This document shows positions 1 through 9,755 of a DNA stretch of 64,000 nucleotides, piece after piece. Both the position numbers and the translations under genes were made by a program. Numbering within the stretch: position 1 is the first letter of the stretch; each line of letters begins with the position of its first letter. Source of the DNA: Bacteroidota bacterium (GTDB lineage: Bacteria; Bacteroidota; Bacteroidia; NS11-12g; UBA955); assembly GCA_005798825.1 (NCBI GenBank), contig SYIL01000030.1, positions 17,798 through 81,797 of the forward strand, in the 5' to 3' direction. Below the pieces are notes generated by a model that was given only the letters and a program-made list of their open reading frames with translations, had not been told where the DNA came from and did not search any database.

Positions 1-108
1 TTTTTACGCCGATACGCCAATTTGTTTGACACCATTCAAGGGGCTGTTCAGAATTACATCGCAGACGTGAAAGCCAGTAATTTCCCCAATAAAAAAGAAC
101 AGTATTGA
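1..108 (+). CDS. 3' end of a CDS, possibly 3-methyl-2-oxobutanoate hydroxymethyltransferase (PanB) C-terminus (partial; start lies outside the window)
   Basis: Frame 1 is open from nt 1 to TGA at 106-108. The tail ...YIADVKASNFPNKKEQY resembles the PanB C-terminal 'DV+sgxFP' pattern. Confidence 0.4.
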   Translation, partial: FLRRYANLFDTIQGAVQNYIADVKASNFPNKKEQY

Positions 109-156
109 TTTATAATCTGGGTATTTTGGTTGAGATGTAACTAAAATTTAAAACAA

Positions 157-654
157 ATGTCGATCTCAATCATAATTGAAACCCTCACGGAAGAGCATTA
201 TTCTCAAGTAGCATCGATTTTTAATCAGGGGATAATGGGAGGCAATGCAACCTTCGATGCAGTATCTACCCCCTGGGAATCTTGGGATCGTATGCACCTG
301 TCTCATACGCGTTTTGTAGCTAAATTTGGAAATCAGATTGTGGGTTGGGTTGCCTTGAGTTCGGTTTCTGAACGATCTGTTTTTGAAGGTGTAGCAGAGT
401 TAAGTGTTTATATTCACAACGATTTTCAAGGAAAAGGGATAGGCAATGCACTGATGTGTGAAGCCATTCTTGTTTCCGAATCAAAAGGCATTTGGACACT
501 TCAATCAGGAATATTTCCTGAAAATATACCAAGCATTCGCCTGCATGAAAATCATGGATTTCGAAGGGTCGGATTTCGGGATAAAATTGGGAAAATGCCA
601 GACGGAACATGGCGTGATATTGTGATGATGGAACGAAGATCTCTGCAGATGTAA
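157..654 (+). CDS. GNAT family N-acetyltransferase (PAT/YncA-like)
   Basis: 165 aa with ATG start. Q/R-x-x-G-x-G/A-like acetyl-CoA motif 'FQGKGIGNALM' and the overall PAT-family layout. Confidence 0.75.
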   Translation: MSISIIIETLTEEHYSQVASIFNQGIMGGNATFDAVSTPWESWDRMHLSHTRFVAKFGNQIVGWVALSSVSERSVFEGVAELSVYIHNDFQGKGIGNALMCEAILVSESKGIWTLQSGIFPENIPSIRLHENHGFRRVGFRDKIGKMPDGTWRDIVMMERRSLQM

Positions 655-778
655 AATTTTCCTCTGGTCAATCAGATCTATTGCAATAAACAAGGCAATA
701 AACACTCTGTATTTACAACCTTAGTGTGCATTTTGGTGAATTGATTCATTGTGCACCATTCAATCAGCAAAATACAGA

Positions 779-1435
779 TTATGCTTTTCCTTTGGCGTGG
801 TCGGCTAAGAATTGCGCCAATCCAAGATCTGTCAAGGGGTGTTTGAGCAGTCCGAGTATAGCACTGAGTGGGCATGTAACTACATGGGCACCTGCTTCTG
901 CGCATTTTACAATATGCAATGGGCTCCGAATACTGGCGGCAAGGATTTCGGTTTCGTAACCCTGTATGGCATAAATTTCTGCAATTTGTCCGATTAAATC
1001 TACACCATCCCAATTCATATCGTCTATCCGGCCAATGAATGGAGATAGGTAGGTAGCACCTGCTTTGGCAGCCAAAATAGCTTGGCCTGCACTAAAAATT
1101 AGGGTACAATTGGTTCTAATGCCCTTGCTGTGAAAATATTTAATGGCTTTTACACCGTCTTTAATCATCGGTATTTTTACCACAATATTGGGATGCAATG
1201 CCGCGAGTATTTCTCCTTCTGCAACCATACCATCAAAATCGGTGCTAATTACTTCTGCGCTCACATCCCCATCAACCAATTCACAAATGGCTTGGTAATG
1301 AGCTTTGACAGCTTCTGCAGAAAAGACACCCTCTTTTGCCATTAGGCTTGGGTTTGTGGTTACGCCATCCAAAATTCCGAGGTCATTGGCTTCTTTGATT
1401 TGTGCTAAATTCGCAGTGTCGATGAAAAATTTCAT
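779..1435 (-). CDS. tal: Transaldolase / fructose-6-phosphate aldolase (short TalC/Fsa-type)
   Basis: 218 aa. N-terminus [16 protein letters not shown]...GVTTNPSL is the canonical short-transaldolase signature. Confidence 0.85.
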   Translation of the reverse strand: MKFFIDTANLAQIKEANDLGILDGVTTNPSLMAKEGVFSAEAVKAHYQAICELVDGDVSAEVISTDFDGMVAEGEILAALHPNIVVKIPMIKDGVKAIKYFHSKGIRTNCTLIFSAGQAILAAKAGATYLSPFIGRIDDMNWDGVDLIGQIAEIYAIQGYETEILAASIRSPLHIVKCAEAGAHVVTCPLSAILGLLKHPLTDLGLAQFLADHAKGKA

Positions 1436-1565
1436 AAAAACAAAGTTAGGGGTTTAAGGGGATTGCATATACAATATTGGCGTCTTAATGGATTATTTTT
1501 GCAATCATTCAAACTTTTTTTTATTGATTTCGTTAACTTGTAATTAAATCCTAATTAAACAATTC

Positions 1566-1979
1566 ATGAAACGAAGAGTCGCAGTGTATCGAACTGCACA
1601 TTTTAATGCCGCCCATCGCTTAAATGTGCCTTCATGGACCGATGAGAAAAACCGAGAAATCTTTGGTTTGTGCAACAATGACCACTACCACGGACACAAT
1701 TACGATTTACATGTCCGCGTTGAAGGTGAGTTGGATGAGACTACCGGTTATTTGATTGATTTAAAAGTTCTAAAGCAATATATAGAAGAGGAAATCATTG
1801 AAAAGTTTGACCATAAGAATTTGAATTTAGATACCCCAGATTTTAAAGATTTAAATCCTACTGCTGAGAATATTGTTTGGGTGATTTGGCAAAAATTACG
1901 CCTACGTTTGGATCCCAAATTTAATTTAGGTGTAAGATTGTATGAAACGCAACGTAATTTTGTAGAGTTTAATGGATAA
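1566..1979 (+). CDS. 6-pyruvoyl-tetrahydropterin synthase family protein (QueD / PTPS-III-like)
   Basis: 137 aa. Cys...HxHGH zinc motif (LCNNDHYHGHNY) and a conserved PTPS fold pattern. Overlaps folE by 8 nt. Confidence 0.8.
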   Translation: MKRRVAVYRTAHFNAAHRLNVPSWTDEKNREIFGLCNNDHYHGHNYDLHVRVEGELDETTGYLIDLKVLKQYIEEEIIEKFDHKNLNLDTPDFKDLNPTAENIVWVIWQKLRLRLDPKFNLGVRLYETQRNFVEFNG

Positions 1980-2646
1980 GAATTTAGCAAATCAAATGCT
2001 CAAACAATGGGATGAAATGGGTGACTCACACATTTCAATCAAACCAGAAACGCCCTTGCGTGAAGATGCATTTGCAATCGATGATGCACTTAAAATTGAA
2101 TTAATAGCCAAACATTTTAAAGAAATTATGCACGTACTGGGTTTGGACCTAGAGGACGAAAGTTTAAAAGGAAGTCCGGTTCGTGTCGCAAAAATGTTTG
2201 TTAATGAGCAATTTAAAGGACTGGACCCTAAAAATAAGCCCGATCCAACACTGTTTCAAAACAACTACCGGTATGCAGAGATGTTGGTAGAAAAAAATAT
2301 ACAATTTTACAGCACCTGTGAACACCATTTTGTGCCAATTTATGGCCATGCGCATGTGGCCTACATCAGCAGTGGCAAAGTGATTGGATTAAGTAAAATC
2401 AATCGGATTGTTGATTACTTTGCAAAAAGACCCCAAGTACAGGAGCGTTTGACTGTTCAAATTGCTGAAGAACTGAAGCAGGTGTTGGATACCCAAGATG
2501 TTGCCGTAATTATTGATGCCAAACACATGTGTGTTGCAAGCCGAGGCGTTAAAGATACCGCTAGTTCGACAGTGACCAGTAGTTTCCATGGAAAATTCTT
2601 GGATTCTTCTGTTCGTTCTGAACTATTGAAGTATATCAGTGGATAG
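1972..2646 (+). CDS. folE: GTP cyclohydrolase I
   Basis: 224 aa. 'STCEHHFVPI' active-site motif. The TAG stop at 2644-2646 was verified. Confidence 0.9.
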   Translation: MDKNLANQMLKQWDEMGDSHISIKPETPLREDAFAIDDALKIELIAKHFKEIMHVLGLDLEDESLKGSPVRVAKMFVNEQFKGLDPKNKPDPTLFQNNYRYAEMLVEKNIQFYSTCEHHFVPIYGHAHVAYISSGKVIGLSKINRIVDYFAKRPQVQERLTVQIAEELKQVLDTQDVAVIIDAKHMCVASRGVKDTASSTVTSSFHGKFLDSSVRSELLKYISG

Positions 2647-2680
2647 TGTTGGCTCAGCGTGTTAAAAATATTAAAATCAA

Positions 2681-2710
2681 AAAAGCAGCGTTTTCGCTGC
2701 TTTTTTGCTT
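2681..2710. terminator. Rho-independent terminator hairpin, bidirectional (serves folE on + and tRNA-His on -)
   Basis: aaaaGCAGCGttttCGCTGCtttttt. A 6-bp GC-rich stem with T-run on + and A-run (T-run on -) flanks. Confidence 0.6.
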
Positions 2711-2716
2711 TTAGAG

Positions 2717-2791
2717 GGCGATTAACCGGACTTGAACCGGCGACCCCTAGCGCCACAAGCTAGTGCTCTAACCACCTGAGCTATAACCGCC
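2717..2791 (-). tRNA. tRNA-His (anticodon GUG)
   Basis: Reverse complement folds as a cloverleaf by hand: acceptor GCGGTTA/TAATCGC, D-arm GCTC..GAGC, anticodon stem CTAGC/GCTAG with loop TTGTGGC (GTG), T-arm GCCGG TTCAAGT CCGGT. It has an encoded G-1 paired with discriminator C73, which is the His identity element. CCA is not encoded. Confidence 0.85.
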
Positions 2792-2905
2792 ATTTTATGG
2801 GCTGCAAAGATAGATTTTTTTTGAATGATTTTTATTTTGCCCAGGAATGATTTTATAAATGATCAATAATTTGAAGAGCCGCAGTGAGCGGCTTACTTTT
2901 GTCGT

Positions 2906-4357
2906 GTGCAAACAGCGAAACAGGTATTGTGGTTGGCGGGTTGGTTTCCATCGATTTCGAATGGAGCATCGGGTAATTTCATCGCCAGACATGCCGATGC
3001 TTTTGCCGAATACAATGCTAAAATGCCCTGTGGATATGATTTGCATGTCTTGCATTGTGCCCCATATCGGTTTTTGGGTAAAAAAGTTAAACCCCTTAAT
3101 TCTTCCGCCTTGGGGTATTTATTATTATGGTGTTGTGTTCCTCAATTCGGATTCATAGGACATGCGGTCAATGGTCAATATGGTGATCGGCCATCTCCTT
3201 TCGCTCGAGTAGTAAACGAAATAGTTAAAACCATTAATCATTTACTGTATATGGTATATTTCCGCAGATTTTTGCAGCTGTATTTGCGCAATCATGGCAA
3301 TCCTGTTCTTGTCCACGTCCATGCTGCCGACAAAATTGGTAGAATTGTTCCATGGCTGATAAAAAAGCTGGGTGTTCCACTTTGGCTCACAGAGCACTGG
3401 GCAATTTTCAATGAAATAGTGGAGGATGGTTTTTCCAAGAGATCAATTTCATTTCAGAGAATGTACAAACGATTGTGGAAAATTCTCACAATTTCTGCTC
3501 CGGTTAGTCAGTCTTCTCAGAATGATTTGCAATACTATTTGGGCGATGTTTTGCCTTCGATTTCGTCTGACCAACCCGTTTCCAATGGTTTTTTAATGCC
3601 TTTTGTTTTATTTCGCAATGTGGTGGATACCAGGGTGTTTTATCCGATCTCGGGGATCTCTGTTTTACAGGAAGTGGGTTTAATCAACACTTCAATCTCA
3701 AACAGGAAACCCAATCCCAAACTGCCTATCTCAGCAAATTCTTTTTCTGAAAGCAACGCATCGGTTAACACAGAGGGCAACGCAGAAACATACCCAGCAA
3801 TCGAAACCATAAAACAAAAAGTGCCTTATCGCTTTATTCATGTATCATCTTTGGATATCCGAAAAAATGGCGACGGTATTATACGCGCATTCGCGCAATT
3901 CCAAAACGACAATAAAAACAATGCAATACTAACAGTGGTGGGAGAAAATAACCAATCGATGATACTGTTGTCTCAGCGTTTGAATATTCAAGACAAGGTT
4001 TTTTTTACGGGAAATTTGCCGATTTGTGGGGTTGCAGATGCCATGCGTGCAGCAGATGCGTTTGTACTTTTTTCAACAATGGAAAATGCGCCCTGTGTGA
4101 TTTCAGAAGCCCTTTGTTGCGGATTGCCCGTAATCGCTACCGAAGTGGCAGGTATTCCTGAAATGATATTTCCCAAACGCAATGGATTGCTAGTAGCTGT
4201 GTCAGATGAAGACGCGTTGTCCAAAGCCTTTTCAGAATGTATGCGTATATTTCCTGCATCGCCATACAATGAAATCGCGCAAGACGCTCACAATATCTAT
4301 GGGTACGACTCAGTAGCCGAGACCTTAACCAAATCGTACCAAAAAATCTTGAACTGA
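2906..4357 (+). CDS. Glycosyltransferase family 4 (GT-B fold)
   Basis: 483 aa with GTG start. N-terminal 'WFPSxxNxxSGNFIxRHA' motif typical of Bacteroidetes GT4. C-terminal 'SEALCCGLPVIATEVAGIPE' EX7E-type motif. Internal Ser/Asn-rich low-complexity insert. Confidence 0.7.
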   Translation: MQTAKQVLWLAGWFPSISNGASGNFIARHADAFAEYNAKMPCGYDLHVLHCAPYRFLGKKVKPLNSSALGYLLLWCCVPQFGFIGHAVNGQYGDRPSPFARVVNEIVKTINHLLYMVYFRRFLQLYLRNHGNPVLVHVHAADKIGRIVPWLIKKLGVPLWLTEHWAIFNEIVEDGFSKRSISFQRMYKRLWKILTISAPVSQSSQNDLQYYLGDVLPSISSDQPVSNGFLMPFVLFRNVVDTRVFYPISGISVLQEVGLINTSISNRKPNPKLPISANSFSESNASVNTEGNAETYPAIETIKQKVPYRFIHVSSLDIRKNGDGIIRAFAQFQNDNKNNAILTVVGENNQSMILLSQRLNIQDKVFFTGNLPICGVADAMRAADAFVLFSTMENAPCVISEALCCGLPVIATEVAGIPEMIFPKRNGLLVAVSDEDALSKAFSECMRIFPASPYNEIAQDAHNIYGYDSVAETLTKSYQKILN

Positions 4358-4359
4358 AT

Positions 4360-6327
4360 ATGTGTGGAATAGCAGGTGTAATCTCGTTTTCTAAATACAA
4401 CGCCCAAGAAATTCGGCATATTGGAAGCACTTTTTCACAGCAATTGGCACACCGTGGTCCAGACGATGAGGGATATATTTGTTTTGTAGATGGGCCCGCT
4501 ATAACGCTGCATGGACCGCATACAGACGCACACTGTTGCGATCAAAATCCCACACGATCAATCGAAACTTTCATTGCTGAATCGCATGGTTTGATGTTGC
4601 ATCGGAGGTTATCAATCTTGGGACTATCTGCGCGAGGACACCAACCCATGCGCAGTAATTGTGGGCGATATTGGATTAGCCTTAATGGTGAAATTTACAA
4701 TTATAAAGAACTTGCCGACGAGTTTAAATTGGGCAATTCATCCCAAACTGATACTGAAATTTTGTTGGAATTATGGAAATTGAAAGGACCCGATTGTCTC
4801 TCACGTCTGGATGGGTTTTTTGCGTTTTCTCTCTGGGATGATGAATGTAAGCAATTGTATCTTGTTCGCGATCGATTGGGCGTAAAACCCCTGTATTATG
4901 CGTGCAACAAGGATGCCTTTTGGTTTGCCAGTGAAGACTATGCCTTGTCCTATACAATGCAACAACATGGATTGAAAGAATATGGGGTTGATGCCCTCGC
5001 TGTTCAGTTGCATTTGGAATTCGGGAAATCGGATAAAATTTCTTTATTCCACGGAATTCAAGAACTACCAAAGGGGTCGTATCTGTGTTTTACATCTCAC
5101 AATTGGAAAATCCCTGTCGAATCATCGCTTGTTGTTTGGTATAATCCTCTCCGAGATCACACAACCCAAAAACAGCAACAGGCTCCACTTGCAGGTGAAA
5201 AAGAAACTACCATAGAAAAATTTGTAAAACCAGATCCAAGTATACTTCGAACCCAATTGTTGGATAGCATCACCCGGCGTTTGCGCAGCGATGTCCCAAT
5301 TGGCTTTGCAGTAAGCGGGGGAATCGATAGTGCAGCATTGCTTGCCTTTGCCAAACTCATATTACCCAAAGGAACAGAATTTCATGTATTTTCGATCAAT
5401 GCACCGGGCAGCGAGGGCGATGAAAGTATGTGGCAAAAGATGGTTGTTAATTCACTGGGAGGTATTTGGCATCCAATCGATATTTCAATGGAAACATCCG
5501 ATTTGCTTTTAAAATATACAATGAAAACCCATCGACCCGCTGTAGCTTGGAATAACTTGGCTCATTTTGTTCTTTGCGAGGCCGTTCAAAAAACAGGTAT
5601 TAAAGTATTGTTTAATGGTCAGGGTGCCGATGAACTGTTTGCAGGTTATCCCCATTATTATACAGCCTCATTTTGGAAAGAGCGAAAGTCTCTCTGGAAA
5701 CACCGCCACAAATGGCCCATTTCTTTTTCTTCCGCAGCGAAACAATGGATTAAAAAAACCGTAGGATCGTTTTTGGGTCGGATTTTTCAAACCGATTTGC
5801 AGGTGTTGATGCATGACGATTATTACGGTGATTGTTTGGGTCAATTGTTGCGCTACGAAGATCGAAATTCAATGTCATGTGGCATTGAAAGTAGAAATCC
5901 ATTTGCCGATGACCATATGTTGGCTGAGACATGGCTCAACAATGAACCATTGGAGTTTAATAACAATAAAAAAAGTTCCTTATCAGATCGCTTAAACAAT
6001 GGATATTCCAAAGGGGTATTGCGAGCTGCATTAAAAGGAGACCAGGATTTAGAATCTGACAATTGGAAGAATTCTTTGTTGCCCAAAGCCTTGATTTTGA
6101 GAACTGATAAAAAAGGGTTTACAGTGCCAGCACATAGTCTTACGTTGCGCTGTTTGGAAGATTGGAAGCCGTATATATTGTCTACACAATTGGATGATTT
6201 TGTGGCGATAAGCCTCAGAAAAAAAGTATTGAAACAAGCCAAAGATACCCAGACATTGTTTCGTTGGGCTTCGATGGGATGTTTTTTAGAAGCGCTTATT
6301 GGAAAGGGGTTGCCGAATGAAAAATAG
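4360..6327 (+). CDS. asnB: Asparagine synthase (glutamine-hydrolysing), polysaccharide-locus type
   Basis: 655 aa. N-terminal MCGIAG (Cys2 Ntn amidotransferase) and 'SGGIDSAAL' PP-loop. Confidence 0.85.
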   Translation: MCGIAGVISFSKYNAQEIRHIGSTFSQQLAHRGPDDEGYICFVDGPAITLHGPHTDAHCCDQNPTRSIETFIAESHGLMLHRRLSILGLSARGHQPMRSNCGRYWISLNGEIYNYKELADEFKLGNSSQTDTEILLELWKLKGPDCLSRLDGFFAFSLWDDECKQLYLVRDRLGVKPLYYACNKDAFWFASEDYALSYTMQQHGLKEYGVDALAVQLHLEFGKSDKISLFHGIQELPKGSYLCFTSHNWKIPVESSLVVWYNPLRDHTTQKQQQAPLAGEKETTIEKFVKPDPSILRTQLLDSITRRLRSDVPIGFAVSGGIDSAALLAFAKLILPKGTEFHVFSINAPGSEGDESMWQKMVVNSLGGIWHPIDISMETSDLLLKYTMKTHRPAVAWNNLAHFVLCEAVQKTGIKVLFNGQGADELFAGYPHYYTASFWKERKSLWKHRHKWPISFSSAAKQWIKKTVGSFLGRIFQTDLQVLMHDDYYGDCLGQLLRYEDRNSMSCGIESRNPFADDHMLAETWLNNEPLEFNNNKKSSLSDRLNNGYSKGVLRAALKGDQDLESDNWKNSLLPKALILRTDKKGFTVPAHSLTLRCLEDWKPYILSTQLDDFVAISLRKKVLKQAKDTQTLFRWASMGCFLEALIGKGLPNEK

Positions 6328-7696
6328 TCCTGTTAACACGTTTGCTTGGCAATTGCTAAAGGCCCTCACAGCCGCATTGGTGGTGGTTTTATATTCTAGA
6401 TTGTTGGGATCAGCGGGCCGGGGTGAATTGTCAATTTTGCTTCTGGATTTGCAGCTGATACTTATGTTAAGTGAGTTGGTGGCGGGATCTGCATTGGCAA
6501 ATTTATTAATTCGGTATTCTCAAAAACGTATTTTGCCCACTGCATGGATTTCATTGCTATTGGTTTTATTTTTTGGCTATAGATTGGGTATGTATTTTAA
6601 TATCTCCCACGATTTTCTGCAGATACTGTTCTTACAGGGTATGTTTTTGGGCGGTTTGAATATTCAATACAATATTTATCAAGCAAATGAATGGATTTAC
6701 AGGCGAAACCCGCTACAGTGGGGATTAGAGATTATCAAGTTGTGTCTGTTGGGGATGGTATTTATTATCGGCACAAGCATTGATGGAAAACGATCAACAA
6801 CCATGGCCGGCTTGTTATCCTCAAACATTGACCCAGCGATAGACGACCCTAATGTATACGGAATTTTGTTAATATTGGCCTTTTCCTCGGGTTTAATTTG
6901 GCTTATTTCGGTTTGGAAAACCCGGGGGTATTTAAAAGGAGTCAATAGATTTACATTGCCTCCAATGGAAATGTTTCGGATGGGATTGGGATCGCAACTT
7001 GGTCACGTATTGTTATTTCTTTTATATCGTTTGCCCTTATGGTTTGTCTTCAGCCGATGTGGAAGTGCCCAAGCGGGAGTATTTGCGAATGCTTTTTTGA
7101 TGGCAGACACCCTTTGGGTTTTTGCCAATTCTTTCGGAACTATTTTACACAGCCGTATTTTAGGCAGGGAGAATTACCTTTTTCGCATGAATTTGGTGGC
7201 CCGGTATATGTTGCTTTCGGCTGTGGGCACTTTACTGATGATTTTGGGAATTATTCTGGTTCCAAATTTTATATTCGTTTGGATTTTTGGCAATGATTTT
7301 TCGGGACTCAAAGAAAATTTTATCCTTATTGCGCCAGCAATACTCTGTTTGGCTTTGTCTGCGCCTCTGGGGCATTACCTGCATGCGGCCAATAGGTTTA
7401 AAACTTTGATAGCTTCGAATGCTGTAGCGGTTCTAATTTTTTTAGTGCTAGGGTTTGCACTAGATCCTCAGGGATACGAATATGGACGATTGACGCTCAA
7501 CAGTACTCCCAGATCTATGGTTGTTTTGGGAATTTGTATCGACAATTATCACGGTTTGATGATTGCTGTTAACACTGCTTTTTTTGCCTTACTGGCCATG
7601 AATTGGTTTGCTGTAAAGCCTCGATTTAGAAAAGGATTCCGGTGGAAATTTATACTCAGATACACAAGAAGTATCGTAAAAAGCGCATTGCCTTAG
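6317..7696 (+). CDS. wzx: Oligosaccharide flippase (Wzx / MOP superfamily polysaccharide biosynthesis protein)
   Basis: Multi-pass membrane protein. N-terminal 'NTFAWQLLKALTAALVVVLYSRLLGSAGRGELSIL' resembles Wzx. The ATG at ~6317 is preferred over the TTG at 6299, and it overlaps the asnB stop. Confidence 0.7.
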   Translation: MKNSPVNTFAWQLLKALTAALVVVLYSRLLGSAGRGELSILLLDLQLILMLSELVAGSALANLLIRYSQKRILPTAWISLLLVLFFGYRLGMYFNISHDFLQILFLQGMFLGGLNIQYNIYQANEWIYRRNPLQWGLEIIKLCLLGMVFIIGTSIDGKRSTTMAGLLSSNIDPAIDDPNVYGILLILAFSSGLIWLISVWKTRGYLKGVNRFTLPPMEMFRMGLGSQLGHVLLFLLYRLPLWFVFSRCGSAQAGVFANAFLMADTLWVFANSFGTILHSRILGRENYLFRMNLVARYMLLSAVGTLLMILGIILVPNFIFVWIFGNDFSGLKENFILIAPAILCLALSAPLGHYLHAANRFKTLIASNAVAVLIFLVLGFALDPQGYEYGRLTLNSTPRSMVVLGICIDNYHGLMIAVNTAFFALLAMNWFAVKPRFRKGFRWKFILRYTRSIVKSALP

Positions 7697-7752
7697 TTGT
7701 ATACTTTTTAACACAATCTTGAGTTTGTGGAATGAACCCGTTGTGGAATATG

Positions 7753-7760
7753 TATTTTTG
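7753..7760 (+). promoter_or_regulatory. Bacteroidetes sigma-A -7 element (TAnnTTTG) upstream of gdhA
   Basis: TATTTTTG about 28 nt upstream of the gdhA ATG. Confidence 0.35.
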
Positions 7761-7788
7761 CAGCGTATTTAAATAAAAATCATTCACA

Positions 7789-9063
7789 ATGACAATCGTA
7801 AATCAAAGTGGAATACCACAGTATAATCCATTAGAGAGTATGCAAAGGCGCTTCGATGAAGCAAAGGATATTTTGGGATTGGATGAACAATTCGCCAATG
7901 TTTTAAGGGTTCCTGACAAAGTGGTTGCCGCCAATATTCCTGTAACAATGGATGACGGAACCATACGGGTATTTGAAGCCTATCGGGTTGTCCATAGTGT
8001 ACACTTAGGACCATCCAAAGGAGGAATTCGTTATAGTTTGGATGTCAATGTTGATGAGGTAAAAGCACTTGCGGCTTGGATGACTTGGAAGTGTGCGGTG
8101 GTCAATGTTCCTTTTGGTGGAGCTAAGGGAGGCATTAAGTGCGATCCGAGAAGTTTGAGTAAAGGAGAGTTGGAACGAATAACCCGTGCTTACACACTTT
8201 CAATGAGGCATGTTTTTGGTCCTGACAAAGATATACCCGCTCCTGATATGGGTACAAGTGCCCAAGAGATGGCTTGGATTGTTGACGAATTTAGCAAAAT
8301 CTCTGGCCATAATTCCTATGCAGTTGTTACGGGTAAACCCCTTATTTTGGGGGGGAGTTTGGGTCGTGTTGAAGCGACCGGTAGGGGGGTTATGGTGAGT
8401 ACCCGCAGTGCGATGGCAAAATTGGGAATGAATCCAACCAAAACTACTTGTGTGGTTCAGGGATTTGGAAATGTTGGCAGTATTTCTGCTAAATTAATAG
8501 CCCAAATTGGGGTAAAAATTGTTGCAATTTCTGATGTAACCAGTGGCTATTTTAATGTGGATGGAATTGATGTTGAAAAGGCTATTGCGTATGTTGAAAA
8601 AAGTGAAAATAAAACCTTGGAAGGTTTTGATGGTGGGGTAAAAGTGAGCAATGAGGAATTACTAGAATTACCCTGCGATATTTTGGTTCCCGCAGCCATG
8701 GAAGACCAAATCACCCCCGAAAATGCTTCTCGCATAAAAGCGAAATTAATTGTTGAAGGAGCCAATGGCCCCACAACAGCCGAGGCAGACCATATTCTCA
8801 ATGAAAATAAAATTTTGGTAGTGCCCGATATACTGGCAAATGCAGGCGGGGTTACAGTTTCATACTTCGAATGGGTTCAGAATCGATTGGGATATTATTG
8901 GACAGAGGAACGTGTCAACCGCAGGGCCGACCGGGCGATGAAACAAGCGTTTGACAATGTATATGCCACCAGCGAGAAATACAATGTGGACATGAGAATT
9001 GCAGCCTATATTGTTGCTTTGGACAAAGTTGCGAGTACCTTAAAACTAAGGGGATCATTTTAA
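7789..9063 (+). CDS. gdhA: Glutamate dehydrogenase (NAD(P)-dependent)
   Basis: 424 aa. 'GPSKGGIRYS...VPFGGAKGGI' Glu/Leu/Phe/Val dehydrogenase signature with a GDH-length N-terminus. Confidence 0.9.
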   Translation: MTIVNQSGIPQYNPLESMQRRFDEAKDILGLDEQFANVLRVPDKVVAANIPVTMDDGTIRVFEAYRVVHSVHLGPSKGGIRYSLDVNVDEVKALAAWMTWKCAVVNVPFGGAKGGIKCDPRSLSKGELERITRAYTLSMRHVFGPDKDIPAPDMGTSAQEMAWIVDEFSKISGHNSYAVVTGKPLILGGSLGRVEATGRGVMVSTRSAMAKLGMNPTKTTCVVQGFGNVGSISAKLIAQIGVKIVAISDVTSGYFNVDGIDVEKAIAYVEKSENKTLEGFDGGVKVSNEELLELPCDILVPAAMEDQITPENASRIKAKLIVEGANGPTTAEADHILNENKILVVPDILANAGGVTVSYFEWVQNRLGYYWTEERVNRRADRAMKQAFDNVYATSEKYNVDMRIAAYIVALDKVASTLKLRGSF

Positions 9064-9066
9064 TCT

Positions 9067-9723
9067 ATGCGTATACACAAAGAGGGTTTTACCATACTCA
9101 TCGTCACTGCGTTTATGCTTATCGGATTCAATGCGGGGATTCGTTTTTTGGCAGGAGAAGACAGCCTTTTTGCTTTAATATTTTTGATTCTTTCCCTTAT
9201 TTTCTATGGTCTGGTAATTCAGTTTTTTAGAAACCCTCTGCGCATTACCCCCCAAGAAGCTGGGAGTATTATTGCGCCAGCAGATGGCCAAGTTGTTGTG
9301 ATTGAAGAGGTCGAAGAGTTGGAGTATTTTAAGGATAAACGTCGACAAATAAGCATTTTCATGTCGCCGTTTAATGTTCACGTTAACCGTGTTCCTATCT
9401 CAGGGAAGGTGGTTTATCACAAGTATTTCAAAGGAAAATATCTGGTAGCATGGCATCCAAAAAGTAGTACCGAAAATGAAAGAACTTCCGTAGTAATGGA
9501 AGAGAATGGGAAAGAAGTATTATTCAGACAAATTGCTGGTGCTGTGGCAAGAAGAATCGTATGCTATGTCAAACCGGGTGACGAATTGTCGAAAGGAGAT
9601 GAATACGGATTCATTAAATTTGGATCGCGAATGGATGTGTATTTGCCATTAAATGCAGATATTACAGTGGAAATTGGCCAAAAGACAATTGGAGGACAAA
9701 CGGTTATTGCAAAATGGAAATAA
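9067..9723 (+). CDS. psd: Phosphatidylserine decarboxylase proenzyme
   Basis: 218 aa. 'FMSPFNVHVNRVP' and C-terminal 'GSRMDV' (the GST-like self-cleavage region variant). N-terminal TM helices. Confidence 0.8.
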   Translation: MRIHKEGFTILIVTAFMLIGFNAGIRFLAGEDSLFALIFLILSLIFYGLVIQFFRNPLRITPQEAGSIIAPADGQVVVIEEVEELEYFKDKRRQISIFMSPFNVHVNRVPISGKVVYHKYFKGKYLVAWHPKSSTENERTSVVMEENGKEVLFRQIAGAVARRIVCYVKPGDELSKGDEYGFIKFGSRMDVYLPLNADITVEIGQKTIGGQTVIAKWK

Positions 9724-9728
9724 TTTGA

Positions 9729-9736
9729 TATATTTG
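9729..9736 (+). promoter_or_regulatory. TAnnTTTG -7-like motif upstream of the Cys-rich small protein gene
   Basis: TATATTTG about 19 nt upstream of the ATG at 9756. Confidence 0.3.
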
Positions 9737-9755
9737 TGTTATAAAAAATAATATC

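Noticed and set aside
678-1013. ORFs 678-1013(-) and 726-959(+) and 812-997(+) overlapping the transaldolase gene
   Set aside because: They are alternative-frame or antisense overlaps of a clearly conserved transaldolase, with no motif support.
2646-2906. Genomic island integrated at tRNA-His
   Set aside because: The tRNA 3' end is only ~70 nt from folE. There is no integrase, direct repeat of the tRNA 3' end, or foreign-looking gene block. The flanking GT-AsnB-Wzx genes lie on the tRNA 5' side.
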